A DNA stretch of 43,478 nt from sequence record DRR723986_7246. The stretch is one strand, 5' to 3'. Both the position numbers and the translations under genes were made by a program. This document shows positions 11,501 to 20,202 of this stretch, piece after piece; within the stretch, counting starts at the first letter, position 1; each line of letters begins with the position of its first letter. Under the pieces are notes generated by a model. That model worked only from the letters and a program-made list of their open reading frames with translations. It was not told where the DNA came from and ran no database searches.

Positions 11501-14500
11501 TTGCAATGTTAAGTTCTTTGTCTGTTTGCCCTGCAAGCGGAACCCAGGTGCCACTTACCAAACGTTCCCATTGCACGGTTGCCTCCGGCCGGCTGTCGGC
11601 ATCGGCTTGTACAACGAGGGCGTCACCATCACAAAGTGGCGCAATATTGTCAATTGTTAAGTTGCGAGGAGGAAAGTTTACCGTCAGTTCGGCTTCTCTT
11701 GAGATGACAGGGTTAAGTGCATCGGCACACTGATTAACAGCTAGCAGGCGGTATCTGTTTTCGTGCATTCCCGTCGTGACACCCACGAGCGTTAAGCGCA
11801 AGCTATTCGCCCCGGTAACGTCCGCACTGTTGTTTAGATCAACAAATGGACCGGTGCCTCCAGCCTGAACTTGCCACTGGTACGAGTCGACCGCTGAACT
11901 TGTGTTAGTTAAGACTGCCTCAAATTCCGCGTCAAGGCCTTCACAAACTGCCTGGTCGGCAGGCGCATTGTTTGTGAATTGCGGAGCAGAGATGACCGTC
12001 AGGAGTGCTTCACTTTCAGCTGTCCCACAGGAATTAGATATCTGTGCACGATAGCTTGTTTGATCAATTGAGGTTGTGACAGATGAAATTGTGTAAGTCT
12101 TTGAGGATTCACCTACGATTGTTGACCAGTCAGCCGCACCGTCTGCGCGTTCCTGCCAAATAATAGTCGTAGGTTCCGCACCGGAATAATCAACTGTGAA
12201 TGAAACAGGTTCACCATCACAAATGGTTTGTGAGTCTATTTCCGTATCAATTGATGGTTCTGCGAGCAAAGTAATGTCAATCGGCGCAGAATCGACGGAG
12301 CCGCAGCTATTGGCGATGCGGATGAAGAACCTGTCATCACCCATGTCACTTATGTTGTTAAATGTGACGCTCGAATCATTTGCAGCCGCTAGATAAGCTT
12401 CAAAGCCGTCTCCATCTCCCTGGTCCCAGAACCAGGAGATCGAAGGAGTCGGATCACCATCAACGCCGAAATCGACTGTTAAGCTGCCGGCGTTTGCACA
12501 AACTTCAACATCACTGGGAGGTCTTGTAAAGCTTGGTTCGGTTCCAACTGTGAGCGTGACGATTTCAGAAAAATCTGAACGGCCACACGTGTTGCGCGCG
12601 CGTGCCCGATAGCGATTGCCGTTCATTGCGACTGTGACGCTACTCAACACTAGGTCGGCATTGCTTTCACCAACCATGCGGCTAAATGTGCCGTCGCCGT
12701 CATCTTCGAACCACTCGTAACTGTCAGCATCATCGCTGTCTACGGTGAATGTTGCATCGTCTCCCTCGCAAGCAAATTGGTCTGCGGGTTGACTATCAAT
12801 TGTGGGGTCGTCGGCTGAAAAAATTTCGAAGGAGAAGGATGCGTCGGGTTCACACTCACCACTTCCAACATAGGAGTATACACCGGCCTGTCCGGCGGTG
12901 AAACTCAGGAAGGTGATTGATGTTGAGCCCGCTGAGATATTGAGGTCCGAGATTGGGTTGCCGTCTTTGCGCCAGACAGGAAGCCCAGTCACATTATTGG
13001 TCTTAAAACTGATAGTTACGCCAGAACCAACACATATTGTTGTGTCAGTCGGAACATCTTCCAATGTAGGTGGCAGGTTAACTTTATACTGCACCGAATC
13101 ACTGATCAAACTGTCTGCCGGATCCCAGCAGGTATGACCGGTTGCAACAGCGCGATACCACTTGGTTTCGTCGGCTGTGGTAGCGCTTGCAATTGTTAAG
13201 TCTCTTGTATCTGCCGGACCAATTTCCGTCCAGGTCTGCCCATTGTCGTCACTGACCTGCCAGCGAAAAACATCTGGATCGGGATTTGCGTCAAAGTCCC
13301 AGGTAAACGTGACAGGATCTCCTGCACACTCATCTTGAGGCTGCGGTTGTGTTTCGTCTCTTGGTGGATACTTCAGATTAATCTGTGTTTCATCGCTGAA
13401 GACTGTTCCGCAGGCATTTGTAAATTTGGCCCTGTAGCGATTTCCATCAATGGCGGGTGACACTGCAGGAGTTAAATACGAATTGGTACCGTCATTAACA
13501 TGCACAGCATCAGCTAAGGTCAATGGGATATCAGCCCAGTCACTGCCACCGGTAGGAAACACTTGCCAAACAACTTCCGCTGCTGGGTAAAAACTGACAT
13601 CAACGCTCATCCGTACTGGATCGCCTTCACAGGCCTGGGATACGGTGACGCTGGACAATATATTGGGCTCGCGCACAACGATCAACTGAACCGTCGCGCT
13701 CGTGACTATGCCGCAATCATTCGTGATTTCTACGCGGAAGACACGTTCATTGTCTGCATCTACAGCCGTAAAATCATAGGTTGCAGAATTTTCTCCAATC
13801 AAATTGGAGTACACGTCTGGATTCGTTGAAGTTCGTTCCTGCCACTGAATAGTGTGGGTCGCCTCGCTAGTGTAATCAACCACAAACTCGGCAGCGTCAC
13901 TATCGTCCAGGCACAGTTCGAGATCGTCCGGACCATCGTCAATGACAGGTGGGGCGTAGACAAAGAAAAACTCACTACTGTCGTAGAGGGCCGGGTTAAT
14001 AGCGTCATAAACGCGCACGCTGTACTTAACAGTTGGGTCCAGGTCTTCGGGCAATTTGTATAACAAACTGTCTACGGGAGTGTCGAACTCAACAGTGTCA
14101 ATAATTGCCGTTGGCGTTGGGTTGGCAGCTTCAGGATCAAAGTCTTCATCGACGAGATGAATGATAACGTCGTCATTCCCGGTGCGTTCCCACTTAACAA
14201 CAATTGAATCACAGGTGCAAAACTCTTCGTCCGCAACAGGGCGCAGGACTGTGAGTCTGTCAGCTGTTAATTCAAAGTTTAACAAAAAGGCATCGCGTGG
14301 GTTGCCGTCATAATCTTCCTGGTAGGCATCAACCGTCGTCGGGAAGTCAGTCGAGCGCGTGCCACCACAAATCCAGATGTGGTTATTGTTAACATAATGC
14401 GACATGCCAAGGTTCGGCTCAATCGCAAAAAAGTCTTCGTTTTGATCACTACGTCGGTCGGTTTGTTTACCACCGAAATAGGTCGAATATTCCAGACCGG

Positions 14501-16547
14501 CTGCACCCGCGTCAACGATGAGTTTGGTCATGAAGACGTCTTCATCACCAATAGCACGGCGGAAGTAGGAGTCGGTGTTAACCGGGAAGTCGGAGGAGTT
14601 CGTAATTCCAATTACAAAGGCGGAGTCAGCTACCATTTGAATGCGGTGGCCATAATCTTGTGAAACGCCCCCAAGGTAACTAGAGTACAGCAGGCTGGCT
14701 GTGCCGGAAAGGCTAGTGTTAAATCCGGCAACAAAAGCATCGCTGGAGCCATCCAGGTCATCCTGGTAAGCACTCAGGACCGGGAAACTGTGCGTGTTTT
14801 TGTCTGATAGCGTTGAACCCACTACATAAACAACATCATCGGAAACCAGGTCGAGTCCGGCGCAATAGTCATCTTTAACACCGCCAAAAAATGTTGAATA
14901 AATTAGGGCAGTGGCATCACTTTCAAACTTGGTTACAAAACCATCAAACTGTTCATCGTCCTGATTGCTATTGCTTGTACTGTTAAACGTGGCATCGTAC
15001 GCGTTTAACAGTTTAAACTCACTCGATTGATTGGTGTTTCCGGTTAAGCCACAAACAATAACATCACCCTGTGAGTCAATATCAACATCCAGTGCGATGT
15101 CCTGCGCTTGTTCCCCCAGAAATGTTGACCATTCCAGAGATTCACCGTCTGTCGCAACTTTGCTGATCACGGCATCGGGAAGGGCACTGTTTAGTGTGTT
15201 GTCAAACACTGCACCTACGTCAGGAAAGTTTGACGATGTGGATGAGCCGGCTACAATCGCTTTTTTACCATCAAGAACAATTGCGTAGGCACGGTCATCA
15301 CCACTACCACCAATCAAGGTTGAGTAAGTAAGTGAGCCCAGATCCGTCGGGAACTTTGTAACAAAGATGTCACACGCGCCGCGATGATTGGTCTGATAGG
15401 CATTTGGCGTAACTCCCAATGAGTCCGTGCCTTTTGTAGTATAACCAGTTACGTATACGTCACCATCGGCATCGACGGCAATATCACGTGCGACGTCGTC
15501 TTCGGAGCCACCGTGATAAGTACAGTCTACCAGGTCTGAAGCGTCCGCGTTAAATCGGGCAACGAAGGCGTCAAGTTCGCCGGTGCGAGTTTGCCGGTAG
15601 GCACCAGTTTGGACCGGGAACAATTCGGCATCCGTATATCCGCAAGTGAAGACATCTTCGATGGTCGTTACACCACCAGAAACAGTTGTGTAAAGTTCGA
15701 TGCCCAGCGCCGCTTCATCGTCACCGGTACCGAGATATGTACTCCAGATGAGCGGATCAATAATGAGTGGGCGAGTTGGGTCGTAGTTGCCAATTTGAAA
15801 GCTGACAGCTGTATTTCGTACTTCCTGCTGTAATACAAAACTGCTGGAAACCTGGGTCTTTGAGCCGTCTGGATTATTCTGATAAGTATATGGGGCCGAC
15901 TGGGAGAGTGTGCCCCGTGAAGTTTCGATCAGGAGGTCGCCATTTGCCGAGAGTCTGCTTGATTTCGCGCCTTCAATGACCCATGTAATGTCTGCCGGGT
16001 TCGCGCCGGGCTGTACAATCAGATCATAACGCGCTGCTCCGGCGTCCATATAGTACTGCGCATCAATTCCGGGAAGGACTTCCTGGACTGTAACCTCGCC
16101 ATAGGAGCGAACGCCCGTTGCGGTCTTTCCATTTTTGAACCAATTGTAGCGGGTTGTGCCGGGGCTGTTAGCCTGGACGACCTGATTGACGGTATTGGCT
16201 CCGCGCAGGCTGGTTCTGACAACGTGACCGTTGCGGACTTTGTTGGGCAGAGCAAATGGTTGCGGCTCTTCTGCCGGGAGAATCTCAGTTTGAAAAAGGT
16301 CGTAGACGATGCCTTCACGTGTTAGCCACATGCGCAGTCCGGGACGGCGCAGCAAGAACAGCGCTTCGGAGTCCCATTGACCTTTATTCTGGAGATATGC
16401 TTCCTGTTTGGCAGCCGAGGCTGCGGCACCTATCGCCGCGGACTTGCGGTCTGACAAGGTGCTGGTGGCTTCTGTCCCAAAGGCAAACAAAGAGGCCGCC
16501 ACAAACGTGAAAAGCACGGAAAAAACGAGGTTGCGAACGGAATTCAT
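2553..16547 (-). CDS. Giant T9SS-secreted surface protein (SBBP-type beta-propeller region, about 35 Ig-like repeats, choice-of-anchor D/ASH-like domains, cohesin-like domain, type A CTD)
   Basis: 4664-aa ORF with signal peptide; QNKGQW and YDxTRPLIIDPLIWSTYLG motifs then repeated YST(Y/F)xGG/DxFVTK SBBP motifs; repeated xxQPxDxxxCEG...WQ...YRAxFxNxCG units; DFG.V...ENxG ASH-like units; C-terminal ISPNP...IFNEAGKRV...LSNGTYHV...LIIVK sorting signal. Confidence 0.9.
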   Translation of the reverse strand: MNSVRNLVFSVLFTFVAASLFAFGTEATSTLSDRKSAAIGAAASAAKQEAYLQNKGQWDSEALFLLRRPGLRMWLTREGIVYDLFQTEILPAEEPQPFALPNKVRNGHVVRTSLRGANTVNQVVQANSPGTTRYNWFKNGKTATGVRSYGEVTVQEVLPGIDAQYYMDAGAARYDLIVQPGANPADITWVIEGAKSSRLSANGDLLIETSRGTLSQSAPYTYQNNPDGSKTQVSSSFVLQQEVRNTAVSFQIGNYDPTRPLIIDPLIWSTYLGTGDDEAALGIELYTTVSGGVTTIEDVFTCGYTDAELFPVQTGAYRQTRTGELDAFVARFNADASDLVDCTYHGGSEDDVARDIAVDADGDVYVTGYTTKGTDSLGVTPNAYQTNHRGACDIFVTKFPTDLGSLTYSTLIGGSGDDRAYAIVLDGKKAIVAGSSTSSNFPDVGAVFDNTLNSALPDAVISKVATDGESLEWSTFLGEQAQDIALDVDIDSQGDVIVCGLTGNTNQSSEFKLLNAYDATFNSTSNSNQDDEQFDGFVTKFESDATALIYSTFFGGVKDDYCAGLDLVSDDVVYVVGSTLSDKNTHSFPVLSAYQDDLDGSSDAFVAGFNTSLSGTASLLYSSYLGGVSQDYGHRIQMVADSAFVIGITNSSDFPVNTDSYFRRAIGDEDVFMTKLIVDAGAAGLEYSTYFGGKQTDRRSDQNEDFFAIEPNLGMSHYVNNNHIWICGGTRSTDFPTTVDAYQEDYDGNPRDAFLLNFELTADRLTVLRPVADEEFCTCDSIVVKWERTGNDDVIIHLVDEDFDPEAANPTPTAIIDTVEFDTPVDSLLYKLPEDLDPTVKYSVRVYDAINPALYDSSEFFFVYAPPVIDDGPDDLELCLDDSDAAEFVVDYTSEATHTIQWQERTSTNPDVYSNLIGENSATYDFTAVDADNERVFRVEITNDCGIVTSATVQLIVVREPNILSSVTVSQACEGDPVRMSVDVSFYPAAEVVWQVFPTGGSDWADIPLTLADAVHVNDGTNSYLTPAVSPAIDGNRYRAKFTNACGTVFSDETQINLKYPPRDETQPQPQDECAGDPVTFTWDFDANPDPDVFRWQVSDDNGQTWTEIGPADTRDLTIASATTADETKWYRAVATGHTCWDPADSLISDSVQYKVNLPPTLEDVPTDTTICVGSGVTISFKTNNVTGLPVWRKDGNPISDLNISAGSTSITFLSFTAGQAGVYSYVGSGECEPDASFSFEIFSADDPTIDSQPADQFACEGDDATFTVDSDDADSYEWFEDDGDGTFSRMVGESNADLVLSSVTVAMNGNRYRARARNTCGRSDFSEIVTLTVGTEPSFTRPPSDVEVCANAGSLTVDFGVDGDPTPSISWFWDQGDGDGFEAYLAAANDSSVTFNNISDMGDDRFFIRIANSCGSVDSAPIDITLLAEPSIDTEIDSQTICDGEPVSFTVDYSGAEPTTIIWQERADGAADWSTIVGESSKTYTISSVTTSIDQTSYRAQISNSCGTAESEALLTVISAPQFTNNAPADQAVCEGLDAEFEAVLTNTSSAVDSYQWQVQAGGTGPFVDLNNSADVTGANSLRLTLVGVTTGMHENRYRLLAVNQCADALNPVISREAELTVNFPPRNLTIDNIAPLCDGDALVVQADADSRPEATVQWERLVSGTWVPLAGQTDKELNIASVDTGWDGQKVRAVFTNSACGASDNIESVILVVKEDVSVISSNLPEDHCVGEEIDFEVVLGGSAPFNVVWETNDGGGWIQVETGTEYTRIIQLSDDELQLRVRISNDCATLTPLAITLNIEDPPAITRQPENQEVCEGQDVTFNVIASGTNLTYQWQRQQGLNFQDIVGAVAASYTLTNVQATNDNGAVFRVVVSNSCNVGVNSDAVTLTVNTAPTVDTQPTAEVICEGDNVSFMAAASGSPTPSISWEVNTGSGWSAVSPAVTAETLTLNNANRSLDGNLYRAVFTNTCGSDNSNEVSLTVNYAPENPTISGVEPVVICENTNLQLLAGAGGKETPTVQWQLDDGTGWANITGQTNLQLNILVPDATWNGHKLRAEFTNSCGNVFTDERTLTVLSEVSITQQPTGEEFCVGEDATFTIAVDGATPITIDWQTNSGSGWSSTGTTGDTYIRPIQNINDDGLQVRAVVSNQCGSLDSDVLTLVIKSPPTITSEPVSLEICEDDDATFTVAATGSELVYQWQQLGSLGFEDLTGETNETLTLNTVKKANLDGASFRVIVSNSCEAVNSITVTLTVDVAPVVDSNPADQEACVGESVTFNAAATSRPALQYFYEVNSGSGFGNRTALSSGSLTLNNLTADLDGNRYRFVFVNKCGEVFSNEALLTVNVAPVFTAEPQDETICATGTVKFDAEVAPATQPTATYQWQLDSGSGFGDLADGTDISGATTLELTLTNVTVAMNGNRYRLVATNVCAPAGEESAAATLTVDDVPEITSQPLDQTVCENDNVTFTVSADPSPAIDSYQWQLDLNDGSGFNDIAGANAASLTLTALDAMNGNSYRVIVTNYCGSTTSDPALLTVETIPTIDQQPVSQTICEGETVSFTAVASGRPAPDIVWQVNNGSGWQDISPAITLNTLEFTNVDRALNGNQYRARFTNNCGSLISDAVTLTVNNAPENPVISGTEPIVVCEGTVVILLATADAQETAAVQWQINRGSGWEDLAGQTAEGLNLNVEGADWDGYQLRAEFTNSCGTILTDVRTLDVLSNVSITQQPEGDEFCVGDEVTFNIAVDGSAPITIEWQTNSGGPWVAVGTGTSYTRTIMSDADDGLQVRAVVSNQCGDLNSDVVQLTIKSPPTITSEPQDLEICEGDDAVFTVEAEGSDLEYQWQQQGALDFEDLTGETDKTLTLTNVQQSAFDGALFRVVLSNGCNVVNSQTVTLTVDIAPTIDVDILDQTACSGEDVTFTADAISRLPLSYAYQVDQQDGAGWSAETTLTGNSLTLTDVQADMDGWLYRLVFTNDCGTVTTIAATLTVNVAPTFDVNPVDQTVCAGSSVTFDATLNPGTKPGASLQWQVDDGSGFAALVDGTDVNGVNTLSLTLDNVTLAMAGNLYRLTAENICAVERSLAAELFVDDVPTITSQPQDLIACEGDDITLSVGADSPPALSYQWQRDDGSGFSDISGATAADLNLNNIGANLDGLQYRVRVINYCGETISDPATLTVNTLPSVTAQPVNLTICEGEDAVFVSRADGQPTPDLIWQVNDGSGWQDISPAQTNETLTLTAADRSLNGTQYRARFSNDCGVVFSNAAALTVNYAPTITSQAIDLTVCEGDEVRFAIAVDGDPAPAIQWQVDRQDGNGFVDLAGETAETLILANADPNQDGWTFRAHIDNPCAETFGTPAELTVNTIPSVTLNPLDDEICEGDDARFEATADAQPQPDVQWEIDRNDGNGFVPLTGETGTVLNRASVPATQDGFRLRAVFSNACGQVFSDVVTLIVRQAPSITTEPVDIVTCEGQTVDFTAIADGNPQPDIQWEIDRGAGFVNITGETGTVLSLDNVQPALDGTLYRAIFTNQCGQVSSREVSLRIEESPVITTEPVSQTICKDGTVILTADADGVPEPDVQWQENRGAGWNDISGAEDSNLLINSVDESLDGVLFRAVFSNNCGEIESAAAEITVEVAPSIDEQPIDLTVCEGRDAEFRAIADGTPLPTVQWQAFDGISFVDLSGETNTTLRLDAVPASADGRALRAVFTNSCGSLTSQEVNLTVWTTPEITMQPRDTGACEGGTLELEAAAEGRPAPQVQWQVNDGSGFSDLVGETQPLLTVTNVPASADGFRYRAVFENDCGETSTREVSVRIEYPPVVEREPRDTTICAGEPVELVVAVNGDPQPQIQWLRDDNGTVTEITGANSPTLTITSVPAAWNGQQFRARFSNSCGTLESAAATLTVNTPPTITDDADDLTICENSPAQFSAAATGQPAPSVQWQQSDDGSTWNDISGAVDGVLDLPDDAPAVDQRQYRAVFTNECGTTFGDPAQLIVQTTPVIAQQPTDVVVCDGEDVTISASATASPQPDIRWQQLVNGVWTDLTGETANDLQISNADAAQNGTQYRAVFVNACQVEVVSEVATLTVQTFTVSITENGSEVGDLIDFGEIIRCDAPEGAERSFRLSLDAIGIQNVQLRSQSFTGPFASTLVDNTQINTDNTLDFNISYNPTTDGAASGTMTLVFEPCGITRQIELRALQTAPALTALQADVDFGIVASGDIASQVIEFENSGTAAINIESWDDIAGPFFVVSWIPAGPLPIQLAPGERIQVTIEYRPETQDQTETSTVTATSTDPCLRSASTTLRGESAPPPRARIVAIPQALDFGTVMVTMSNELELVLENRGDKTGRITGLAFDLATTPFRNETALTIPLEIPPNESRLLTISFNPTTVGVFNDSLRFFADDGLVPVVALTGTSIPLPESTTNIIVPDLAAAPNTQNFSVPVILQSQVDLDEVDIQALRVELVFDATLFNPESVSRGRIESNTTQRVLGKLERRIIIEVPSEEFVTVPADGEILTELIGTVLLGESEQTELRIASASWDVGLGTSIVEFTSGSLTLEDVCRVGGTRLIMLNRAFGITSISPNPVGSSTQIITEGIGLGAATLEIFNEAGKRVYLEEWTLTGNNYGHNGNFRIHQIDATELSNGTYHVIFRSRERLDSGRLIIVK
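7014..10868 (-). repeat. Intragenic tandem duplication of a 7-Ig-domain block (period about 1.93 kb)
   Basis: Paired domains APENPTISGVEP/APENPVISGTEP, GEEFCVGE/GDEFCVGD, KSPPTITSEP twice, DDVPEITSQP/DDVPTITSQP; DNA match attgattgg...acggcgcggacttgca at 8162 and 10091 (offset 1929). Confidence 0.85.
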
Positions 16548-17234
16548 GGATAGGCTCCATGCCTGATGTACAAATGACTATCACAGGCCGTAGCGTGTTT
16601 TTGCCGACTATTCGGCGCTACGGAGCGACAATGCTCAGATACATCGTTGAAAAAATCGTACCAAACTGGTAAATGCGGAGTTAGACGGGCGATTTTTCGC
16701 CAGGAGCAACATAAACTCATGAACGCCTGCGGCCAAGTGGCCAATAATGGACAAAAAGTGCAAAAAGTCGCGCTGGACTATTTGTACTCTTTTAAGAGCT
16801 ACTCTCTTAACCTGCCATTTCAATCGTTCAATCATTTAGCTGCAGCTGCTGACAGTCTGGGTACTAGGAACAGGAAAGCGGGGCTTTCGTGCCAAATACC
16901 GGCTCAGATGACATTTGGTTTGAGGAAATCCGACGCGCTAACGCGGAAAACTTCAAAATCAAATCGCGCCAAAACAAAAACGGGAGTACTTACGCGGCGA
17001 AACTTAGTGTGGATGTTGACGAAGGGAAAAGCGTGTTCCCCAACGCCGCGCACAAAACGCAATTTACTCTCTGCCGGGCTGTCTTCAAAACGTTGAATCA
17101 GTGCTGTGCTACAGATAGTCCCTGCGTTTCAATATCGGAACAGTCCGGCCTCGAAGTTGGAGTTCTGTTTCTTAGATGAAACCGGCGAAAATGAGCCGAA
17201 ATAGCCGAAAATGTGTGGTGAGTCTCTGAGGTCA

Positions 17235-17290
17235 CAAAAACGAAACGTCCGCACTGTGATGCGAAATCGCAGTGCACAGTGCGGACGAAT
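17235..17290 (-). terminator. Probable terminator hairpin after ftsH
   Basis: Perfect 13-bp inverted repeat CGTCCGCACTGTG (17246-17258) / CACAGTGCGGACG (17275-17287), followed on minus by TTTCGTTTTTG. Confidence 0.7.
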
Positions 17291-17316
17291 TTTGTCTTAA
17301 ACGCAGGGATGAGGTT

Positions 17317-19554
17317 TTATGCGCCTTCTGCCGATGCATCTGCATCGCTGCGGCCGCCATCGACCTTGCCTTTTTTGCCCTTGCCGTTGCTTTTTTCGTC
17401 GTCATCGGCTTTGGCAGGCGCGTCTTTGTTGGCAATGCTTGATTTCAATGAAGAAGCAAAGCTTTTGCGTTTTGAGTCACTTTCCTGCGCTGAAGCTTCG
17501 GAGGAATCAGCTGGTGCGGGTTCTTTCTTGCCCTTGACGACTTTCAATTCGGCCGCTTTGGGCGGGAGTTCCTTGCCTTCAAGGATGAGTTTTAGCTCGT
17601 GAGAATCAAGGCTCTCACGTTCAACGAGCAGTTTGCTGGTTTTGTGCAGGAGGTCGATGTTGTCACGCAGAAGTGTCTCGGCCTTTTCCATGCCTTCCTG
17701 CATGATCTTGCGGATTTCCGCATCGATGGCTCGCGAGGTTTCTTCACTCAGATTCTTTGAGTGGGAAATATCACGACCCAGGAATGGCTCTTCTTCGCTG
17801 TTCGAGTAAAAGACTGGACCCAATGTGTCACTCATGCCCCACTCGGTAATCATTTTGCGTGCAAGCATAGTCGCGCGTTCCAGATCGTTCTGCGCACCGG
17901 TATTGAGCGTGTTGAACACGATGTTCTCCGCAGCACGGCCCGCAAGCAATGCGACGATACGCGCTTCGATACGGTCTTTTGACATCGTGTGCAGTTGCTC
18001 GGACGGAAGATAGGATGTGACACCCAAAGCGCGTCCGCGTGGAATGATCGTGACTTTGTGGACAGGGTCACTCTCTTTGACGAGCAAACCAACCAGGGCG
18101 TGGCCCATTTCGTGGTAAGCAGTCGTCAGTTTTTCATCTTCGCTGATGACCATGCTTTGGCGCTTAACGCCCATCAGAATTTTGTCTTTGGCTTCGTCGA
18201 TGAGTTCCATGTCAACGGCGTCGCGACCGTAGCGCGCTGCCAGCAGGGCGGCTTCGTTGACGAGGTTGGCAAGGTCGGCACCGGAAAGTCCGGGTGTACC
18301 TGCAGCAATAACTTCCAGCTCTACGTTTGGAGCCATTGGAATTTTGCGGGTGTGGACTTTGAGGATACCGAGGCGACCCTTGATATCGGGGCGATCAACG
18401 ACAACCTGGCGATCAAAGCGTCCGGGACGGAGCAGTGCTGGATCAAGAACGTCAGGGCGGTTTGTAGCGGCAACGACGATTACGCCGGAGTTCTGCTCAA
18501 ATCCATCCATTTCAACCAGCAGCTGATTGAGCGTTTGTTCGCGCTCATCATGTCCACCACCCAGGCCTGTGCCGCGGTGGCGTCCAACTGCGTCAATCTC
18601 ATCTATAAAGATGATACATGGATTGTTCTTTTTTGCCTGTTCAAACAGATCGCGGACGCGGCTGGCACCAACACCAACGAACATTTCTACGAAGTCAGCA
18701 CCGGAGATGGAGAAGAATGGGGCATTGGCTTCACCGGCTACGGCACGTGCCAGCAGAGTTTTCCCTGTTCCCGGAGGGCCCAGGAGCAAAACACCGCGTG
18801 GTATCTTGCCACCAAGTTTTTGGAATTTGGCCGGATCGCGCAGGAATTCAATGATTTCTTCTAATTCGTATTTGGCTTCATCGGCACCGGCAACGTCTTC
18901 AAAGGTTATTTTTTTGCCGGTATCATTTATGAGGCGTGCTTTAGATTTGCCAAAGGAGAAGATGCCGCGCGAATTGCCGTTTTGCATGCGGCGCATAACA
19001 ACAATGAAAATCGCTATCAGCAGGATAAAGGGCAGGAATGTAAAGAGCGTGTCCCAAATGGAGTTCGCGCTATTGTTATAAGCCCACTCGACGCCATTGC
19101 TGCGCCACCATTCTTCAGTTTCACGATCAACAAATGCCAGCGGCACGGAGAATGATGAGATTTCGTGCGATATGCCATCGCCAAACTGAACGTTGGTCGG
19201 CTCTTTCAGATTTCCGATGAAGAGGAAGTCGTTCAGCCCACCTTGATTTTCGATCGTCGCAGTTTTTACGCGCCCCTCTGTCACCAGGCGAACATATTCA
19301 TTATAGCTGACGCGTGACTGTCCCTGCTGGCCTGTCTCAAAGAAGAACAGAATCAGGAGAAAACCACCAACTATAGACAGCCATACGAGTGCTGTGCGCA
19401 TCGCATTGGAGAAGTTGTTATCGTCGTCGTCGTTTTTATTATTGCGCTGGAAACCACCGCCACCACCGTTGCCTTTGCCGCCGGGCGTGCCGGGGCGATT
19501 TGACGGACGCCTGCGTTCAGGGTTGGGGCGATCGTTTTTATCGTTTTGGGCCAT
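17317..19554 (-). CDS. ftsH: ATP-dependent zinc metalloprotease FtsH
   Basis: Two TM segments, Walker A GPPGTGKT, Walker [36 protein letters not shown] zinc motif. Confidence 0.98.
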   Translation of the reverse strand: MAQNDKNDRPNPERRRPSNRPGTPGGKGNGGGGGFQRNNKNDDDDNNFSNAMRTALVWLSIVGGFLLILFFFETGQQGQSRVSYNEYVRLVTEGRVKTATIENQGGLNDFLFIGNLKEPTNVQFGDGISHEISSFSVPLAFVDRETEEWWRSNGVEWAYNNSANSIWDTLFTFLPFILLIAIFIVVMRRMQNGNSRGIFSFGKSKARLINDTGKKITFEDVAGADEAKYELEEIIEFLRDPAKFQKLGGKIPRGVLLLGPPGTGKTLLARAVAGEANAPFFSISGADFVEMFVGVGASRVRDLFEQAKKNNPCIIFIDEIDAVGRHRGTGLGGGHDEREQTLNQLLVEMDGFEQNSGVIVVAATNRPDVLDPALLRPGRFDRQVVVDRPDIKGRLGILKVHTRKIPMAPNVELEVIAAGTPGLSGADLANLVNEAALLAARYGRDAVDMELIDEAKDKILMGVKRQSMVISEDEKLTTAYHEMGHALVGLLVKESDPVHKVTIIPRGRALGVTSYLPSEQLHTMSKDRIEARIVALLAGRAAENIVFNTLNTGAQNDLERATMLARKMITEWGMSDTLGPVFYSNSEEEPFLGRDISHSKNLSEETSRAIDAEIRKIMQEGMEKAETLLRDNIDLLHKTSKLLVERESLDSHELKLILEGKELPPKAAELKVVKGKKEPAPADSSEASAQESDSKRKSFASSLKSSIANKDAPAKADDDEKSNGKGKKGKVDGGRSDADASAEGA

Positions 19555-19647
19555 TGTGTCAGGACTCCACCTGGAAAACGGGAACTGCAGTCAAAGATGG
19601 GTGTAACGATTAATTATTTTGGAGCTGGCAGCTGACGGAATAAGGCG

Positions 19648-20202
19648 TCAGACGTCAAGCACATAGATGTCGGGCAGATTCCGGCCCTCTTCAGCGTAAT
19701 CCATTCCGTATCCAACTACAAATTCGTTGTCTACGGTAAATCCTACATAGTCCGGCTGAACGTTATGCTGAGGTTTGCGTGCATCGGGCTTGTCCAGTAG
19801 GGTCGCAACTCTAATAGAGTTAGGCGAACTGGCGTGTAAACGCTGTGTTATGGCTGAGATTGTACCACCAGTGTCGATGATATCTTCGAGCAGGATCAGA
19901 TCGGAACCTGAGCAGTTAAACCCGATGTCCTCAACGCGAGGATCTTCGGAGGCATGCATCGCCGATCCGTAGGAGGCGGCACGCAAAACTTCAATGCGGC
20001 AGGGAATGCTTAGAGAGCGAATCAAATCAGCCGCAAAGATCATCGATCCTTTGAGGATGACGACGAAGAGCGGATTTTGCTGATTGTAGTCACGTGATAT
20101 TTCGTTGCCTAAACGGGAAATTTCGTCGGCTATACGGGAGCTTGAAAGAAACAAGCGAAAACGCTTTCCATTTACTTCGACGTGGCTCGGCGCAGTGCTC
20201 AG
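19648..20202 (-). CDS. hpt: Hypoxanthine phosphoribosyltransferase (start proposed at CTG 20202; ORF track start is TTG 20154)
   Basis: ILKGSMIFAADL, PRPP motif LLEDIIDTGGT, FVVGYGMDYAEEGRNLPDIY; lies between tilS and ftsH. Confidence 0.93.
   Translation of the reverse strand: MSTAPSHVEVNGKRFRLFLSSSRIADEISRLGNEISRDYNQQNPLFVVILKGSMIFAADLIRSLSIPCRIEVLRAASYGSAMHASEDPRVEDIGFNCSGSDLILLEDIIDTGGTISAITQRLHASSPNSIRVATLLDKPDARKPQHNVQPDYVGFTVDNEFVVGYGMDYAEEGRNLPDIYVLDV

Noticed and set aside
2610-16510. Many plus-strand and alternate-frame ORFs inside the giant gene
   Set aside because: Shadow ORFs of a long repetitive coding sequence.
16544-17179. ORFs 16647-17096, 16889-17179, 16544-16744, 16635-16835
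   Set aside because: No motifs or clear RBS, and they overlap one another; treated as intergenic.
17989-19081. 291-aa and 184-aa plus-strand ORFs
   Set aside because: Antisense shadows of the conserved ftsH AAA domain.
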